Below, piece after piece: positions 11,384-23,120 of a stretch of DNA of 64,000 bases (positions within the stretch are counted from its first letter, which is position 1; each line of letters starts with the position of its first letter). Source of the DNA: Tannerella sp. Lineage in GTDB: Bacteria > Bacteroidota > Bacteroidia > Bacteroidales > Tannerellaceae. Made by a program: the position numbers and the translations under genes. Under the pieces are notes generated by a model. It was given only the letters and a program-made list of their open reading frames with translations, searched no databases and was not told where the DNA came from. The stretch lies in the NCBI GenBank assembly GCA_031272455.1, contig JAISTS010000023.1, positions 250 through 64,249 of the forward strand, written 5' to 3'.

Positions 11384-12376
11384 TTATTCTTTGCGGTTGA
11401 TAATCGAGAGGGCGAAAATGCTCAAAATTCCGACTATGACAAGGCAAAGGACGGACTGTATCGTATAGACAATCAGCGCGAAAGCCGATGCGTCGCTCTC
11501 GTGAACTCCGAAAATCACCAGGGTACTGATGACGGCAAAATGCCATACTCCGATGCCGCCCTGAATCGGGATAGCGACGGCTATACTGCTCATTGTGAAC
11601 GCTATAAGCGCTATACGCATTCCCAGATCTCGCGTAAAATCAAACGCATAAAAAGTAACGTAGAAATACAGGAAATAGGCTGCCCAAATCAGCAGCGTTT
11701 GCAGGATAAAACGCGGTTTATGCTTCATTTTCCACAGGCTTTTTATCCCTTCCCAGACGTTCAGCAGCACTTCTTTGATTTTCGCCACGAAAGGAAGATG
11801 GCTTAATTTAGTAAATATCAGCCATATAACAACGACAAGCACGGCGATTGCCACATAAATCCAGACCGAGGTCAAGAGCCTGTTTATCCCGTCGAGAAAT
11901 TCAGGATGGTCGGCAAAATAGCGTTTGAAAAAGGCGATATTGAACAGCGCCGTGCAGAGCGTCAGCAGCCCTACGACAAGCGTGTCCATCACGCGGTCAA
12001 TAAACAGAGTGCCAAGCAGTTTGGCAAACGGCACTTTCTCATATTTCGAGATAATTCCGCACCGCCAAATCTCGCCTACGCGCGGAAGAGCCATATTGAT
12101 GGCATAATTGCCGTAAACGGCGAGTACGCAGTTGAGCCAGCGAACTTTTTTGCCGAGCGAGTCGATCAGAAGCGCCCAGCGGAAACCTCTGACGGCGTTG
12201 GCGAACAGCCCGAAAAGCAGCGACCCGCACAGTATGTCGTAGCGGACGCCGGTTTTGATAACTGTCATCATTTCAGACAGATTTTGGTCGCGATACAAGT
12301 ACCACAACAAAATGCAACCCAAGGCGAGGGGCAGCACTATGCGAATAGTTTTCCTGAGGAATTGCTTAAAATTCAT
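11384..12376 (-). CDS. Lysylphosphatidylglycerol synthase TM-domain (UPF0104/flippase-like) membrane protein
   Basis: Multiple TM helices, RW, LPRVGE and QGGIGVWH motifs; divergent from rsmA. Confidence 0.8.
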   Translation of the reverse strand: MNFKQFLRKTIRIVLPLALGCILLWYLYRDQNLSEMMTVIKTGVRYDILCGSLLFGLFANAVRGFRWALLIDSLGKKVRWLNCVLAVYGNYAINMALPRVGEIWRCGIISKYEKVPFAKLLGTLFIDRVMDTLVVGLLTLCTALFNIAFFKRYFADHPEFLDGINRLLTSVWIYVAIAVLVVVIWLIFTKLSHLPFVAKIKEVLLNVWEGIKSLWKMKHKPRFILQTLLIWAAYFLYFYVTFYAFDFTRDLGMRIALIAFTMSSIAVAIPIQGGIGVWHFAVISTLVIFGVHESDASAFALIVYTIQSVLCLVIVGILSIFALSIINRKE

Positions 12377-12469
12377 TTATATATATCTGCACTAACAAAA
12401 TTATTTCGTATCTTTGTGGCGCAAATATACGCATAATTATTCAATCAGCAGCAAAAACTTTGAAAACGG

Positions 12470-13261
12470 ATGAGGACCATACGGGCGAAAAAGGCGCTGG
12501 GGCAACATTTTCTGAAAGACGCGGAAGTTGCTCGCAGTATCGCGCAGACGATTGCGGCATATCGCGACCTGCCTGTGCTGGAGGTGGGACCGGGTACGGG
12601 TGCGCTCACACGTTTTCTGATTGAAGAACGCTACGATCTGTCTGTAATTGAGTTAGATACCGAAGCTATCGACTTCCTGCGCCGCAATTTTCCGCTGCCC
12701 GACGAGCGTATTATTTACGGCGATTTTCTGCAGCTTGACCTGCGCCGTCTCTACGATTCAAAATTCTGTGTTATAGGCAATTATCCCTATTACATCTCCA
12801 CTCAGATATTTTTCAAGGCGCTCGAATACAAGGAACAGGTCGTTTGTTGCGCCGGAATGGTGCAAAAAGAAGTGGCGGAACGGCTTGCGGCGCCTGCAGG
12901 CGGCCGTACTTATGGCGTCATCAGCGCATTGATTCAGCCCTGGTACACTGTCGAATATATGTTTACCGTCGGGCGCGAAGTTTTTGAGCCACCGCCCAAA
13001 GTCGAAAGCGCCGTCGTCCGTCTGACGCGCAACGAACGCAACTCGCTGGGCTGCAACGAACAGCTCTATCGCCAAATAGTTAAAACGACTTTTAACCAAA
13101 GGCGTAAAACCTTGCGCAACTCCATCAAGCCCGTGCTTGGCGGCGATTTTCCCGATTACGCTATGCCCGTTTTTGACAAACGACCCGAACAGCTGTCGGT
13201 TGAACAATTTATCGAACTCACGCTTATCGCGCAGGATTTCCTTGGTGGAAATATCGTATAA
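12470..13261 (+). CDS. rsmA: 16S rRNA adenine dimethyltransferase
   Basis: KKALGQHFL, EVGPGTG, GNYPYYIS, PPPKVES. Confidence 0.95.
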   Translation: MRTIRAKKALGQHFLKDAEVARSIAQTIAAYRDLPVLEVGPGTGALTRFLIEERYDLSVIELDTEAIDFLRRNFPLPDERIIYGDFLQLDLRRLYDSKFCVIGNYPYYISTQIFFKALEYKEQVVCCAGMVQKEVAERLAAPAGGRTYGVISALIQPWYTVEYMFTVGREVFEPPPKVESAVVRLTRNERNSLGCNEQLYRQIVKTTFNQRRKTLRNSIKPVLGGDFPDYAMPVFDKRPEQLSVEQFIELTLIAQDFLGGNIV

Positions 13262-13280
13262 GCCTAAAAAACAAATTATT

Positions 13281-14630
13281 ATGGTCGAATTTACGAAAGA
13301 ATACATAGACAATCTGGAGCGCATCATCAACGAAAAAGATGACGCACAGGCGCGTGCGCTGCTCGACGAGCTGCATCCCGCCGATATTGCCGAACTTTAC
13401 GGCGAGCTTGACCTGCGCGAAGCCACCTATCTCTATATGCTGATGGACGGCGAAAAAGCTGCCGATGTGTTGATGGAACTCGAAGAAGACGAGCGGCGCA
13501 AACTGCTGAAAGAGATACCTACCGAACAGATTGCCAAGCGTTTCGTCGAAGAGATGGATACCGACGACGCCGTTGACCTGATGCGCGAACTCGACGAAGA
13601 CACTCAGGAAGAAATCCTGTCGCATATCGAAGACGTTGAGCAGGCGGGCGACATCGTTGACCTGCTGAAATATGACGAAGACACAGCCGGCGGTCTGATG
13701 GGTACGGAGATGATTGTCGTCAACGAAAACTGGAGTATGCCGCAGTGTATCGAAGAGATGCGCAAGCAGGCTGAAGATATGGACGAAATCTACAACGTTT
13801 ATGTGGTTGACGACGACGAGAGGCTGCGCGGGATGTTGCCGCTTCAAAAACTCATCACAAACCCTTCTGTATCAAAGATTAAACACGTGATGCAGAAAGA
13901 CCCGTTTGTGGTGCACGACAGCGACAGCATAGAAGAAGTAGTCGAGTCGATAACGAAATACGACCTCGTTTCGCTGCCCGTCGTTGACAGCATCGGGCGG
14001 CTTGTGGGGCATATCACCGTAGATGACGTGATGGACGAAATACAGGAACAGCACGAACGCGACTATCAGCTGGCTTCGGGTATCTCGCAGGACGTCGAGT
14101 CGTCGGACAAGGTGTTCGTACAGACAATAGCCCGTTTGCCATGGCTGCTGATAGGGATGTTGGGCGGCTTGAGCAACTCGATGATACTGCGCGGCTACGA
14201 AATCGGCTTTGCCAACAACCCCAAAATGGCGCTATTCATCCCCTTGATAGGCGGAACGGGCGGAAATGTCGGCATCCAGTCGTCGGCAATCGTAGTTCAG
14301 GGTCTCGCCAACAACTCATTGAAATCCAATCACATAATACGCCAAGTTGCCAAGGAAGCCGTCGTATCGCTGATCAACGCTTCGATTATCAGCCTGATAG
14401 TTTTTCTGTACAATTTTTTCACGCTTGGCGACCAGAATATCACCCTCTCGGTGTCGGCAAGCCTGTTTTCGGTCGTGCTGTTTGCCAGTATGTTCGGAAC
14501 CGTAGTGCCGATGTTGCTGAACAAATTCCATATCGACCCCGCGCTCGCCACCGGTCCGTTTATCACCATCACCAACGACATCATCGGAATGTTGATTTAT
14601 ATGCTGATAACATCGTTTCTGATGTCCTGA
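13281..14630 (+). CDS. mgtE: Magnesium transporter MgtE
   Basis: LHPADIAE N-domain, CBS pair, RLPWL, GGNVGIQ, DPALATGPFIT; start set at MVEF. Confidence 0.95.
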   Translation: MVEFTKEYIDNLERIINEKDDAQARALLDELHPADIAELYGELDLREATYLYMLMDGEKAADVLMELEEDERRKLLKEIPTEQIAKRFVEEMDTDDAVDLMRELDEDTQEEILSHIEDVEQAGDIVDLLKYDEDTAGGLMGTEMIVVNENWSMPQCIEEMRKQAEDMDEIYNVYVVDDDERLRGMLPLQKLITNPSVSKIKHVMQKDPFVVHDSDSIEEVVESITKYDLVSLPVVDSIGRLVGHITVDDVMDEIQEQHERDYQLASGISQDVESSDKVFVQTIARLPWLLIGMLGGLSNSMILRGYEIGFANNPKMALFIPLIGGTGGNVGIQSSAIVVQGLANNSLKSNHIIRQVAKEAVVSLINASIISLIVFLYNFFTLGDQNITLSVSASLFSVVLFASMFGTVVPMLLNKFHIDPALATGPFITITNDIIGMLIYMLITSFLMS

Positions 14631-14842
14631 AAGCGCATTTTTACGGCAAACTGCGATTTTTAAAAAATCCAAATAAATCTGCTTTTATGTGAAAATTATA
14701 TTTTTAGTGTAAATTTTTATGCTAAAATCGCTGTTCGTTTCGTTTTATTTACGTACCTTTACAAGTTCAAATCGCAGCAGTCGGTTTTGTCCCGATTTGC
14801 CGCTGATTTTTTACCGCTGAAGAAAAGTAAAAACAATATATA

Positions 14843-16567
14843 ATGACAAACAAATGGAGTATTCGACCCCATACAGAAAACGATTTGCTGAATGCCTCGA
14901 CGTTGGCAGCCGAGATGCGGATAAACCCGATAATAGGCTTGCTGCTCGTACAGCGCGGAATTACAACTGCCGACGCAGCGCGTAAGTTTTTCAAACCTAA
15001 TTTGAGAAACCTGCACGACCCGTTCCTGATGCCCGATATGCACAAGGCGGTCAAGCGGCTGAACAAAGCATTAGGCAACAAGGAGAAAATTCTGATTTAT
15101 GGGGATTATGATGTTGACGGTACGACAGCCGTATCGTTGGTTTACAAGTTCCTGCGTCCCTATTCGTCGTTGCTTGATTATTACATTCCCGACCGTTACG
15201 ACGAAGGTTACGGGATTTCGTTTAAGGGAATAGATTATGCCGAAGAAAACGGCTTTTCGCTGATTATTGCGCTCGATTGCGGCATCAAGGCGATGAACAA
15301 AGTGGACTATGCCAATGAGAAAGGCATAGATTTCATTATCTGCGACCACCACATGCCCGACGATGAGTTGCCGGCTGCGGTGGCTGTGCTCGACGCCAAA
15401 CGCGCTGATTCTGAGTATCCTTACGAGCACCTGTCGGGATGCGGCGTAGGGTTTAAATTTATGCAGGCATTCGCCAAAAGCAACGACATCCCGTTCTCGA
15501 AACTGGAGCCGCTGCTGGAGCTGACTGCCGTGAGTATCGCTTCGGACATTGTGCCGATAACGGGCGAAAACCGCATTCTTGCCTACTACGGACTGCAACA
15601 GCTGAATATCAATCCGAGCATCGGAATGAAAGGCATCATCAACGTTTGCGGGCTGTCGGGTAAAGAGATAAATATCAGCGACATAGTGTTTAAAATCGGA
15701 CCGCGCATCAATGCTTCGGGACGAATGATGAAAGGGCGCGAAGCCGTTGACCTGCTGCTGGCGCGCGATGTACAGGTTGCCCGCGAAAAAAGCGAAAACA
15801 TCAACCAGTACAACGAAGACCGGCGCGACCTCGACAAACGGATTACCGACGAAGCAAATGCTATTATCGACGAGATTAAAGATATTGAAAATCAGAAAGG
15901 TATCGTCGTATATAATCCCGGCTGGCACAAAGGAGTAATCGGCATTGTGGCATCGCGACTGACGGAAAAATACTATCGCCCCTCGGTGGTGCTGACCAAA
16001 TCGTCGGAGCTGATTACCGGCTCGGCGCGTTCGATCGCCGGTTTCGACATCTACAAAGCCATAGAATCGTGCCGCGACCTGCTCGAAAACTTTGGCGGAC
16101 ATACCTACGCAGCCGGCTTGTCGCTTCGCGAAGAAAATCTCGAAGCCTTCACAAACCGTTTCAAGCAAATTGCCGACGAAGAAATCAATTCCGAACAGAT
16201 GACGCCGCAGCTAGATATTGATAATATCATTGACCTTAAGGATATTAACCAGCGGTTTATGAACGAACTGAAGATGCTCGACCCCTTAGGACCCGAAAAC
16301 GAAAAACCTATCTTCTGCACGCGAAATGTGCACGATTACGGTACAAGCAAACTTGTCGGGAAAGATTCTGAACATCTGAAACTTGAGATTATCGACTCAA
16401 AAAACGGCGGTCCGATACACGGGATAGCTTTCGGAATGCACGAACACAGCAGCTTCATCAAAGAAGGCAAACCTTTCGATATCTGCTATTCGGTTGAGGA
16501 AAACACCTACAATGGCAATACGACTATTCAGCTGATGGTCAAGGATATACGTCCTGCTGAGCAATAA
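14843..16567 (+). CDS. recJ: Single-stranded DNA exonuclease RecJ
   Basis: [31 protein letters not shown] motifs. Confidence 0.95.
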   Translation: MTNKWSIRPHTENDLLNASTLAAEMRINPIIGLLLVQRGITTADAARKFFKPNLRNLHDPFLMPDMHKAVKRLNKALGNKEKILIYGDYDVDGTTAVSLVYKFLRPYSSLLDYYIPDRYDEGYGISFKGIDYAEENGFSLIIALDCGIKAMNKVDYANEKGIDFIICDHHMPDDELPAAVAVLDAKRADSEYPYEHLSGCGVGFKFMQAFAKSNDIPFSKLEPLLELTAVSIASDIVPITGENRILAYYGLQQLNINPSIGMKGIINVCGLSGKEINISDIVFKIGPRINASGRMMKGREAVDLLLARDVQVAREKSENINQYNEDRRDLDKRITDEANAIIDEIKDIENQKGIVVYNPGWHKGVIGIVASRLTEKYYRPSVVLTKSSELITGSARSIAGFDIYKAIESCRDLLENFGGHTYAAGLSLREENLEAFTNRFKQIADEEINSEQMTPQLDIDNIIDLKDINQRFMNELKMLDPLGPENEKPIFCTRNVHDYGTSKLVGKDSEHLKLEIIDSKNGGPIHGIAFGMHEHSSFIKEGKPFDICYSVEENTYNGNTTIQLMVKDIRPAEQ

Positions 16568-16583
16568 CGCTTATGCCAAAATT

Positions 16584-18494
16584 ATGGAACCGGGATTATT
16601 TCTCAAAACGCTGAAAGAACACTGGGGCTACCCGGCATTTCGTCCGTTGCAGGAAGATATAATCCGCTCCGTTTACGCAGGCAACGACACACTCGGACTG
16701 ATGCCTACCGGAGGTGGCAAGTCCATCACATTTCAGGTGCCGGCGATGATGATGCCGGGCATTTGCCTTGTCGTAACGCCGCTTATTTCGCTGATGAAAG
16801 ATCAGGTTGACAACCTCAAAGCCAGACACATAAAGGCTACGACGGTCTATTCCGGTATGTCGCGCGAAGAAATCATCACTCAGCTCGACAACTGCATCTA
16901 CGGCGATTACAAATTCCTGTACATCTCGCCGGAGAGACTGGCTACCGATCTGTTTATAAGCCGATTACAGGCGATGAATGTCAGTATGCTGGTCGTTGAC
17001 GAGAGCCATTGTATCTCTCAGTGGGGCTACGATTTTCGTCCTTCGTATATGAATATCGCATCGGTGCGCGACTATCTGCCCAACGTGCCTGTGCTGGCGC
17101 TGACGGCAACCGCCACGCCCGATGTTGTTGACGATATTCAGGACAAATTGCTCTTCCGCAAGAAAAATGTCTTCAAAAAAAGTTTCGCCCGCGAAAACCT
17201 GTCGTATGTTGTTCGCAACACAGAAGATAAGGAACAAACACTTGTCTATCTGCTTAATAGAGTGCCCGGAACAGCTATCGTTTACACTCGTAACCGGCAG
17301 CGGACACAGGAATTGGCATCTATGCTGCAACAAAACGGCATCACAGCGCACTATTTCCACGCAGGCTTGTCGCGCGAGACAAAAACGAAGCGCCAAAACG
17401 AATGGAAAGACGGCTCCTGCCGCGTCATTGTAGCCACCAACGCCTTCGGAATGGGAATTGACAAGCCCGACGTCCGCCTTGTCGTACATTATGATATACC
17501 TTCGTCGCTCGAAGAATATTTTCAGGAAGCGGGACGAGCCGGTCGCGACGGAAAAAAATCATTCGCCGTAGCCCTCTGTGCCCCTTCGGAAAAAGGCAAA
17601 CTCAAAAAACGCCTGTCTGACGAATATCCCGACCTGCAGTTCATCGCCCGCGTTTACGAAAACCTGTGCTTTTTTTACCAGATAGCTGTCGGATTTGGCT
17701 ATTTTACAACGCATTACTTCTCACTGCCCGAATTTTGCAGCGTGTATAAACTGCCGCAGATACAAACGCATCACGCGCTAAAAATCCTCGAACTGGCAGG
17801 CTATATCGAATATGTTGAAGATCCGGACAACTCTTCGCGCATAATTTTTTCGGTTACTCGCGACGAACTGTACAATGTGGCTCGTCAAGAAGCTGTTACA
17901 GAGGATATTATACAGGCAATACTCCGCTCATGCACAGGTGTTTTTGCCGAATATGCGTTTATTGACGAAGCTCTGATTGCCATGCGTGCAAAGACCACCC
18001 CAACAGAGGTTTACGAACGGTTATGCCGTTTGTCGAGGCTTGGCATCGTCAACTACATCCCGCAGTCGGACAAGCCGCAAATTACGTTTACACGGCATCG
18101 CGAAGAAACAAAAGATGTTTACATTCCGAATTATGCGTATCAGGAACGAAAAGAGCGCGAAGAAAAGCGGATAAACAAAGTTATCGAGTATATCACCGAA
18201 CAGCATCATTGCCGTACACGTCTGTTGCTCAGATATTTCGGAGAGAAAGACGCTCGCGACTGCAAAATCTGCGACGTCTGCCTCAACAACCTCAAGCAAG
18301 GCTTAAAGCAATGGGAATATAATTTAGTACGTGAAGAATTACTTAAGCTATTGACTGACAACGCCGTAAACATCCGTAAACTGTCGGAAACGCTGCCGCT
18401 CGAAAAAGAAAAAAACATCACCGCCCTGCGTTTCCTGATCGAACACGACGAGCAGTTTGTTTTTGCAGACAATTGCCTGTCGCTCAGGAAATAA
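16584..18494 (+). CDS. recQ: RecQ family ATP-dependent DNA helicase
   Basis: [39 protein letters not shown], Zn-binding Cys cluster. Confidence 0.9.
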   Translation: MEPGLFLKTLKEHWGYPAFRPLQEDIIRSVYAGNDTLGLMPTGGGKSITFQVPAMMMPGICLVVTPLISLMKDQVDNLKARHIKATTVYSGMSREEIITQLDNCIYGDYKFLYISPERLATDLFISRLQAMNVSMLVVDESHCISQWGYDFRPSYMNIASVRDYLPNVPVLALTATATPDVVDDIQDKLLFRKKNVFKKSFARENLSYVVRNTEDKEQTLVYLLNRVPGTAIVYTRNRQRTQELASMLQQNGITAHYFHAGLSRETKTKRQNEWKDGSCRVIVATNAFGMGIDKPDVRLVVHYDIPSSLEEYFQEAGRAGRDGKKSFAVALCAPSEKGKLKKRLSDEYPDLQFIARVYENLCFFYQIAVGFGYFTTHYFSLPEFCSVYKLPQIQTHHALKILELAGYIEYVEDPDNSSRIIFSVTRDELYNVARQEAVTEDIIQAILRSCTGVFAEYAFIDEALIAMRAKTTPTEVYERLCRLSRLGIVNYIPQSDKPQITFTRHREETKDVYIPNYAYQERKEREEKRINKVIEYITEQHHCRTRLLLRYFGEKDARDCKICDVCLNNLKQGLKQWEYNLVREELLKLLTDNAVNIRKLSETLPLEKEKNITALRFLIEHDEQFVFADNCLSLRK

Positions 18495-18502
18495 GGTCTG
18501 TA

Positions 18503-19690
18503 TCAGATTTTTCGGCAATGTATCAAAATCTTGCCGTCGGCATCGGTAGTCGTCGCAAAAATATAGTCGTCGCCGCCCTCCAAAACGCTGATTCGATGTC
18601 GCAAATCATTGACAGTCAGCGGAAAATTTCTTGCCGTCAGATTGGCTTTCGGAATATCTTTTCGTATCTGGCGACAGGTAGCGGTGTTGAACCGGTAAAC
18701 TCTTTCGACGCGGAAAATACGCCCGGGAAACGCAGGCAGAATTTCGTCTGACGTATATAAATGACTGTTTATATGCAGTTTAGCTACACCATATTGTTGA
18801 GCTATCAACTTGAACCCACCCGCTTTCAGTATTGCAACATTAGGCTCGTATATATAGCTTAAAATCCGGCTGTTAACCTCGCACTGAGCCTGTCGTTCAT
18901 CGTTTATGCCAAAAACGAACACCTGTCTGTCCATTTCCGAAATAAAATTAACGCAGTAAATCGTCGGATTATCGGGCGCCGCGCCACGTTTAATGACAAA
19001 AAGCAGTTCCTTACATTCGTTTTTGACGGCAATAACGTGAATTTCAGCCGTTTCGGGTAGCAATTCAAGTGTATGTTTCAGGTCGAGCATAGGCGACAGC
19101 TTGGCAATAATTTTCGGCGCCAACAGCAACATTTGAGGCAGCAAGACAGTGATATTCGGACAGCAATCCTTCAAGGAAAACAGGCGTTTACGGTAATTCG
19201 AGCGCCGCGAAGGGTCGATATACAGCATATTCGTTTTGGGCATCTGCTTGATAAACGAGTATGCGCACCCGCAATGACCTTCGATATTCGTCGCCTGCAA
19301 AATGCCGAAGTTGTACATCGCCGTATTGAAACAAGGTTTGTCGTTCTCGACATACAGCACATTGTCAGTGCGTTGCGAGAAAAAATAGGTATCAACGCCC
19401 AAGCCGCCCGTCAAGTCGCAAATAAACTTTTCGCCGTCCAGCAAGTCAGATTTGTATAGAGCAGTCAGTTCCGACGAACACTGCTCGACAGCCAACAGCG
19501 ACGGAAACAGCAGCCTGTCGTTATCGTACCAAAGCGGCAATTTATCTTTAATATGCTGACGTGCAGCAATTTGCGTTGCCGCAAAACGGACATCTACGTC
19601 GGGATAGCGGTTTGCAGCAAGCAACAACTGAACCACATCGGCGTTCTGATGCTCTTTGATAAATGAAAACAAACTGTTATTTATATCCAT
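18503..19690 (-). CDS. Class I SAM-dependent methyltransferase with C-terminal THUMP-like domain
   Basis: EQCSSE, DLTGGLGVD, IDPSRR, KLSPMLD, YEPN, HLYTS. Confidence 0.75.
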   Translation of the reverse strand: MDINNSLFSFIKEHQNADVVQLLLAANRYPDVDVRFAATQIAARQHIKDKLPLWYDNDRLLFPSLLAVEQCSSELTALYKSDLLDGEKFICDLTGGLGVDTYFFSQRTDNVLYVENDKPCFNTAMYNFGILQATNIEGHCGCAYSFIKQMPKTNMLYIDPSRRSNYRKRLFSLKDCCPNITVLLPQMLLLAPKIIAKLSPMLDLKHTLELLPETAEIHVIAVKNECKELLFVIKRGAAPDNPTIYCVNFISEMDRQVFVFGINDERQAQCEVNSRILSYIYEPNVAILKAGGFKLIAQQYGVAKLHINSHLYTSDEILPAFPGRIFRVERVYRFNTATCRQIRKDIPKANLTARNFPLTVNDLRHRISVLEGGDDYIFATTTDADGKILIHCRKI

Positions 19691-19785
19691 AGCGCAAAGT
19701 TATGAAAATACTGCAAAAGTTATTCGTATTTGATTGAAACTTAACTTTTTTTTATAACTTTGCAGTTAAATAAAGATCGTCGCAA

Positions 19786-20850
19786 ATGGAAATTGCAGCA
19801 TTGGTATCGGGAGGCGTTGACAGCTCGGTTGTCGTACATCTGCTTAAGGAACAGGGGGTTGAGCCTGTGCTGTTCTATATTCGTATCGGGATGGAAGAGG
19901 CGGATGGCTATGTCAGCTGCCCTTCGGAAGAGGATATCGAGATGACTACGCTCATCGCGAAGAAGTATGGTTGCCGTTTTGAAATCGTTTCGCTGCACGA
20001 TGAATATTGGGATAAAGTGGTCAGCTACACGATAGAATCGGTCAGACTCGGACTGACGCCCAACCCCGACGTGATGTGCAACCGTTACATCAAATTCGGA
20101 TGTTTTGAGGAGCGTTGGGGGAAGGATTTCGACAAGACCGCTACCGGACATTATGCCACGACGACAGTGATTGACGGCAAGACATGGCTCTCGACAGCAA
20201 AAGATGCGGTTAAAGACCAGACGGACTTTCTTGCGCAAATAACTGATATACAGGTGTCGAAGTTGATGTTTCCCATTGGCGGTCTTATGAAAAGCGAAGT
20301 TCGCGCCATCGCTGCCGCACAAAATCTGCCCAGCGCCAAACGCAAAGACAGTCAGGGGATATGCTTTCTCGGCAAAATCAATTATAACGACTTTATTGAG
20401 AGATATTTAGGGCGTAAAACGGGACAAATTGTCGAACTCGAAACCGGCAAAGTCGTCGGGACGCACAACGGCTACTGGTTTCATACCATAGGTCAGCGTA
20501 AAGGTCTGGGAATGAGCGGCGGTCCCTGGTTCGTTGTCAAAAAGGACATACCCGAAAACGTGATTTACGTTTCCAACGGCTACGACCCCGAAGCGCAGTA
20601 CGGCAAAACGGTTAATATCAGCAATATGCACTTCATTACCGACGACCCGTGGGGCGACTTTAGCGATGCTGTGGATATCACCTTCAAAATCCGCCATACG
20701 CCGGATTTCACACGCGGACAGCTGACCAAGCACGGCGATTGCTACCGCATCGAGAGCGAGAATAAGATTCAGGGCATAGCAGCCGGACAGTTCGCCGTCG
20801 TTTATGACCGCGACAGTAGGCTTTGCATCGGCAGCGGAACAATTATTTAA
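19786..20850 (+). CDS. mnmA: tRNA 2-thiouridylase MnmA
   Basis: [40 protein letters not shown]. Confidence 0.95.
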   Translation: MEIAALVSGGVDSSVVVHLLKEQGVEPVLFYIRIGMEEADGYVSCPSEEDIEMTTLIAKKYGCRFEIVSLHDEYWDKVVSYTIESVRLGLTPNPDVMCNRYIKFGCFEERWGKDFDKTATGHYATTTVIDGKTWLSTAKDAVKDQTDFLAQITDIQVSKLMFPIGGLMKSEVRAIAAAQNLPSAKRKDSQGICFLGKINYNDFIERYLGRKTGQIVELETGKVVGTHNGYWFHTIGQRKGLGMSGGPWFVVKKDIPENVIYVSNGYDPEAQYGKTVNISNMHFITDDPWGDFSDAVDITFKIRHTPDFTRGQLTKHGDCYRIESENKIQGIAAGQFAVVYDRDSRLCIGSGTII

Positions 20851-21787
20851 TTGTATATAAGGAACTTATCGACTCGTCGTGCGCTGCGCGGCGGATAGCT
20901 TCGGCAAACATATCGGCTACCGACAGTATGGTTACCTTGCTGCATTTCTTGTTGTAAGGTATTGAATCCGTGAAGATTATCTCCGTCAATCCCGATTTTT
21001 TGACAAGTTCGCTTGCCGGATCCGACATCACGGCGTGGCTTGCCATCGCGCGAACGGATTTCGCCCCGTTTTGCATCATCAGGTCGGCAGCTTTCGTTAT
21101 CGTGCCTGCCGTGTCAACGATGTCGTCAACGAGCAGGACATCCTTACCTTGTACATCGCCGATAATTCGCATATCCGCCACCTCATTGGCTTTTTGTCGC
21201 GTCTTATGACATATAACCATCGGAATTTCAAGATGTTTGGCATAGCTGCTGGCGCGTTTTGAGCCGCCTACATCGGGCGTCGCCATCACAAGATTGTCGA
21301 GCGGCAACTTCGATTTGATAAACTCAAGGAAGACCGACGAGGCATAAAGATGGTCAACCGGCACGTCGAAAAATCCCTGTATCTGGTCGGCATGCAAGTC
21401 CATAGTAATCAGCCTGCTAATGCCCGCCACACTTAGCAGATCGGCAATCAGCTTGGCTCCTATGGACACGCGCGGCTTGTCTTTCCTGTCCTGCCGCGCC
21501 CATCCGAAATACGGCACTACGGCAATGATTGAGTGCGCTGAAGCGCGTTTGGCAGCGTCAATCATCAGCAAAAGTTCCATCAGATTGTCGGAATTAGGAA
21601 ACGTTGACTGTACGAGATAAACGTCCCTGCCGCGAATCGATTCTTCGTACGAAACCGAAAATTCGCCGTCGGCAAAACGTTCAATAATCATCTGTCCCAA
21701 AGGACATTCCAGTTTGTTGCATATCTTTTCGGCAAGATAACGTGTCTTGTTGCCCGCAAAAACTAAATAAGGAGTACTTGCGCTCAT
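20843..21787 (-). CDS. prs: Ribose-phosphate pyrophosphokinase
   Basis: [32 protein letters not shown]; start set at MSASTP. Confidence 0.95.
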   Translation of the reverse strand: MSASTPYLVFAGNKTRYLAEKICNKLECPLGQMIIERFADGEFSVSYEESIRGRDVYLVQSTFPNSDNLMELLLMIDAAKRASAHSIIAVVPYFGWARQDRKDKPRVSIGAKLIADLLSVAGISRLITMDLHADQIQGFFDVPVDHLYASSVFLEFIKSKLPLDNLVMATPDVGGSKRASSYAKHLEIPMVICHKTRQKANEVADMRIIGDVQGKDVLLVDDIVDTAGTITKAADLMMQNGAKSVRAMASHAVMSDPASELVKKSGLTEIIFTDSIPYNKKCSKVTILSVADMFAEAIRRAAHDESISSLYTIK

Positions 21788-21926
21788 TAGGATAAAATTT
21801 TTTGTCGCCGCAAAATTACTAAACATATTTTTAACGGATGGCATTACTTGCCGAAAAAATACGTATTTTTACGCCCGAATATTGAATAAATACTTCGTAA
21901 ATCGCAATTTTTTAATACTTAATGAT

Positions 21927-23120
21927 ATGACATACAGTAGATTAACATTCATTATTTTCGCAATCGCTTTTTTTGCGGGATGTACGCAAACGAAAGAGCA
22001 GCCTCTCGGCGAAGTGATAGACGGAGCGCTTGCCAATGCCGAACAGCAAGCCTTGCTTATGGCAGCCAAACTTGCCGACGACGACGGGAAACTGCCCGGA
22101 GCGTTTCTGAACGGTCAATTCACGACAATAAACTCCGGCTCGTGGGTTAGCGGCTTCTTTCCCGGACTGCTTTGGTATCTCTATGAATACGACCCGAAGC
22201 GGGAACTGCTTGATTATGCGCGACTTTACACTGCCCGTATCGAGCCTGAAAAGAACAACACCTCGACGCACGACCTCGGATTTATGCTCTACTGCAGCTT
22301 CGGAAACGGATACAGGATCACCGGCGACACTGCTTATCGTAATATTATGCTTACCGGAGCAGCTTCATTGTCAACACGTTACCGCGAACATCTCGGCGTC
22401 ATCCAGTCGTGGGGAAAAAGTGCAAAATGGCAATATCCCGTTATCATCGACAATATGATGAACCTCGAATTTCTATTTTGGGCGGCACGCGCTTCGGGCG
22501 ACAAGCGTTTCCGCGACATCTGTATCAGCCACGCTGACAGGACAATAAAGGAACATTTTCGTCCCGATTACAGCACTTATCACGTCGTGTCGTTCGATAC
22601 GATTACCGGCTTGCCGCATGCCAAGCAGACAGCTCAGGGCTATGCCGACGAGTCGTCATGGGCGCGTGGACAGGCTTGGGGCTTGTACGGATTTACGATG
22701 ATGTACCGCGAGACGCAAGACCCGGCTTATCTCGAACAGGCAAAAAACATCGCCGGCTTCCTGCTTCATCATCCGAATATGCCCGCCGATTACGTTCCTT
22801 ACTGGGATTTCAACGCGCCCGACATACCTGACACGTATCGCGAGGCGTCGGCAGGCGCTATAATTTGCTCGGCGCTGATCGAACTGAGCGGATATGTTGA
22901 CGCCGAACTGTCGAAGGAATATCTTAAAGTTGCTGAAATTCAGCTGCGTACACTCGCTTCACCTGCTTTCACCGCAAAAACTGGCGAAAACGGCGATTTT
23001 ATTCTGATGCACAGCAACGGCTCGGTGCCGGGCAATTCTGACGTTGATACGCCCTTGGCTTATGCCGATTACTATTTCGTTGAGGCTCTGCTGCGTTACA
23101 GGAAATTGCTCGAAAAATAA
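21927..23120 (+). CDS. Glycoside hydrolase family 88 (unsaturated glucuronyl hydrolase) lipoprotein
   Basis: Lipobox FAGC; WVSGFFPG, HDLGF, IIDNMMNL, SWARGQAW, YADYYF. Confidence 0.88.
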   Translation: MTYSRLTFIIFAIAFFAGCTQTKEQPLGEVIDGALANAEQQALLMAAKLADDDGKLPGAFLNGQFTTINSGSWVSGFFPGLLWYLYEYDPKRELLDYARLYTARIEPEKNNTSTHDLGFMLYCSFGNGYRITGDTAYRNIMLTGAASLSTRYREHLGVIQSWGKSAKWQYPVIIDNMMNLEFLFWAARASGDKRFRDICISHADRTIKEHFRPDYSTYHVVSFDTITGLPHAKQTAQGYADESSWARGQAWGLYGFTMMYRETQDPAYLEQAKNIAGFLLHHPNMPADYVPYWDFNAPDIPDTYREASAGAIICSALIELSGYVDAELSKEYLKVAEIQLRTLASPAFTAKTGENGDFILMHSNGSVPGNSDVDTPLAYADYYFVEALLRYRKLLEK

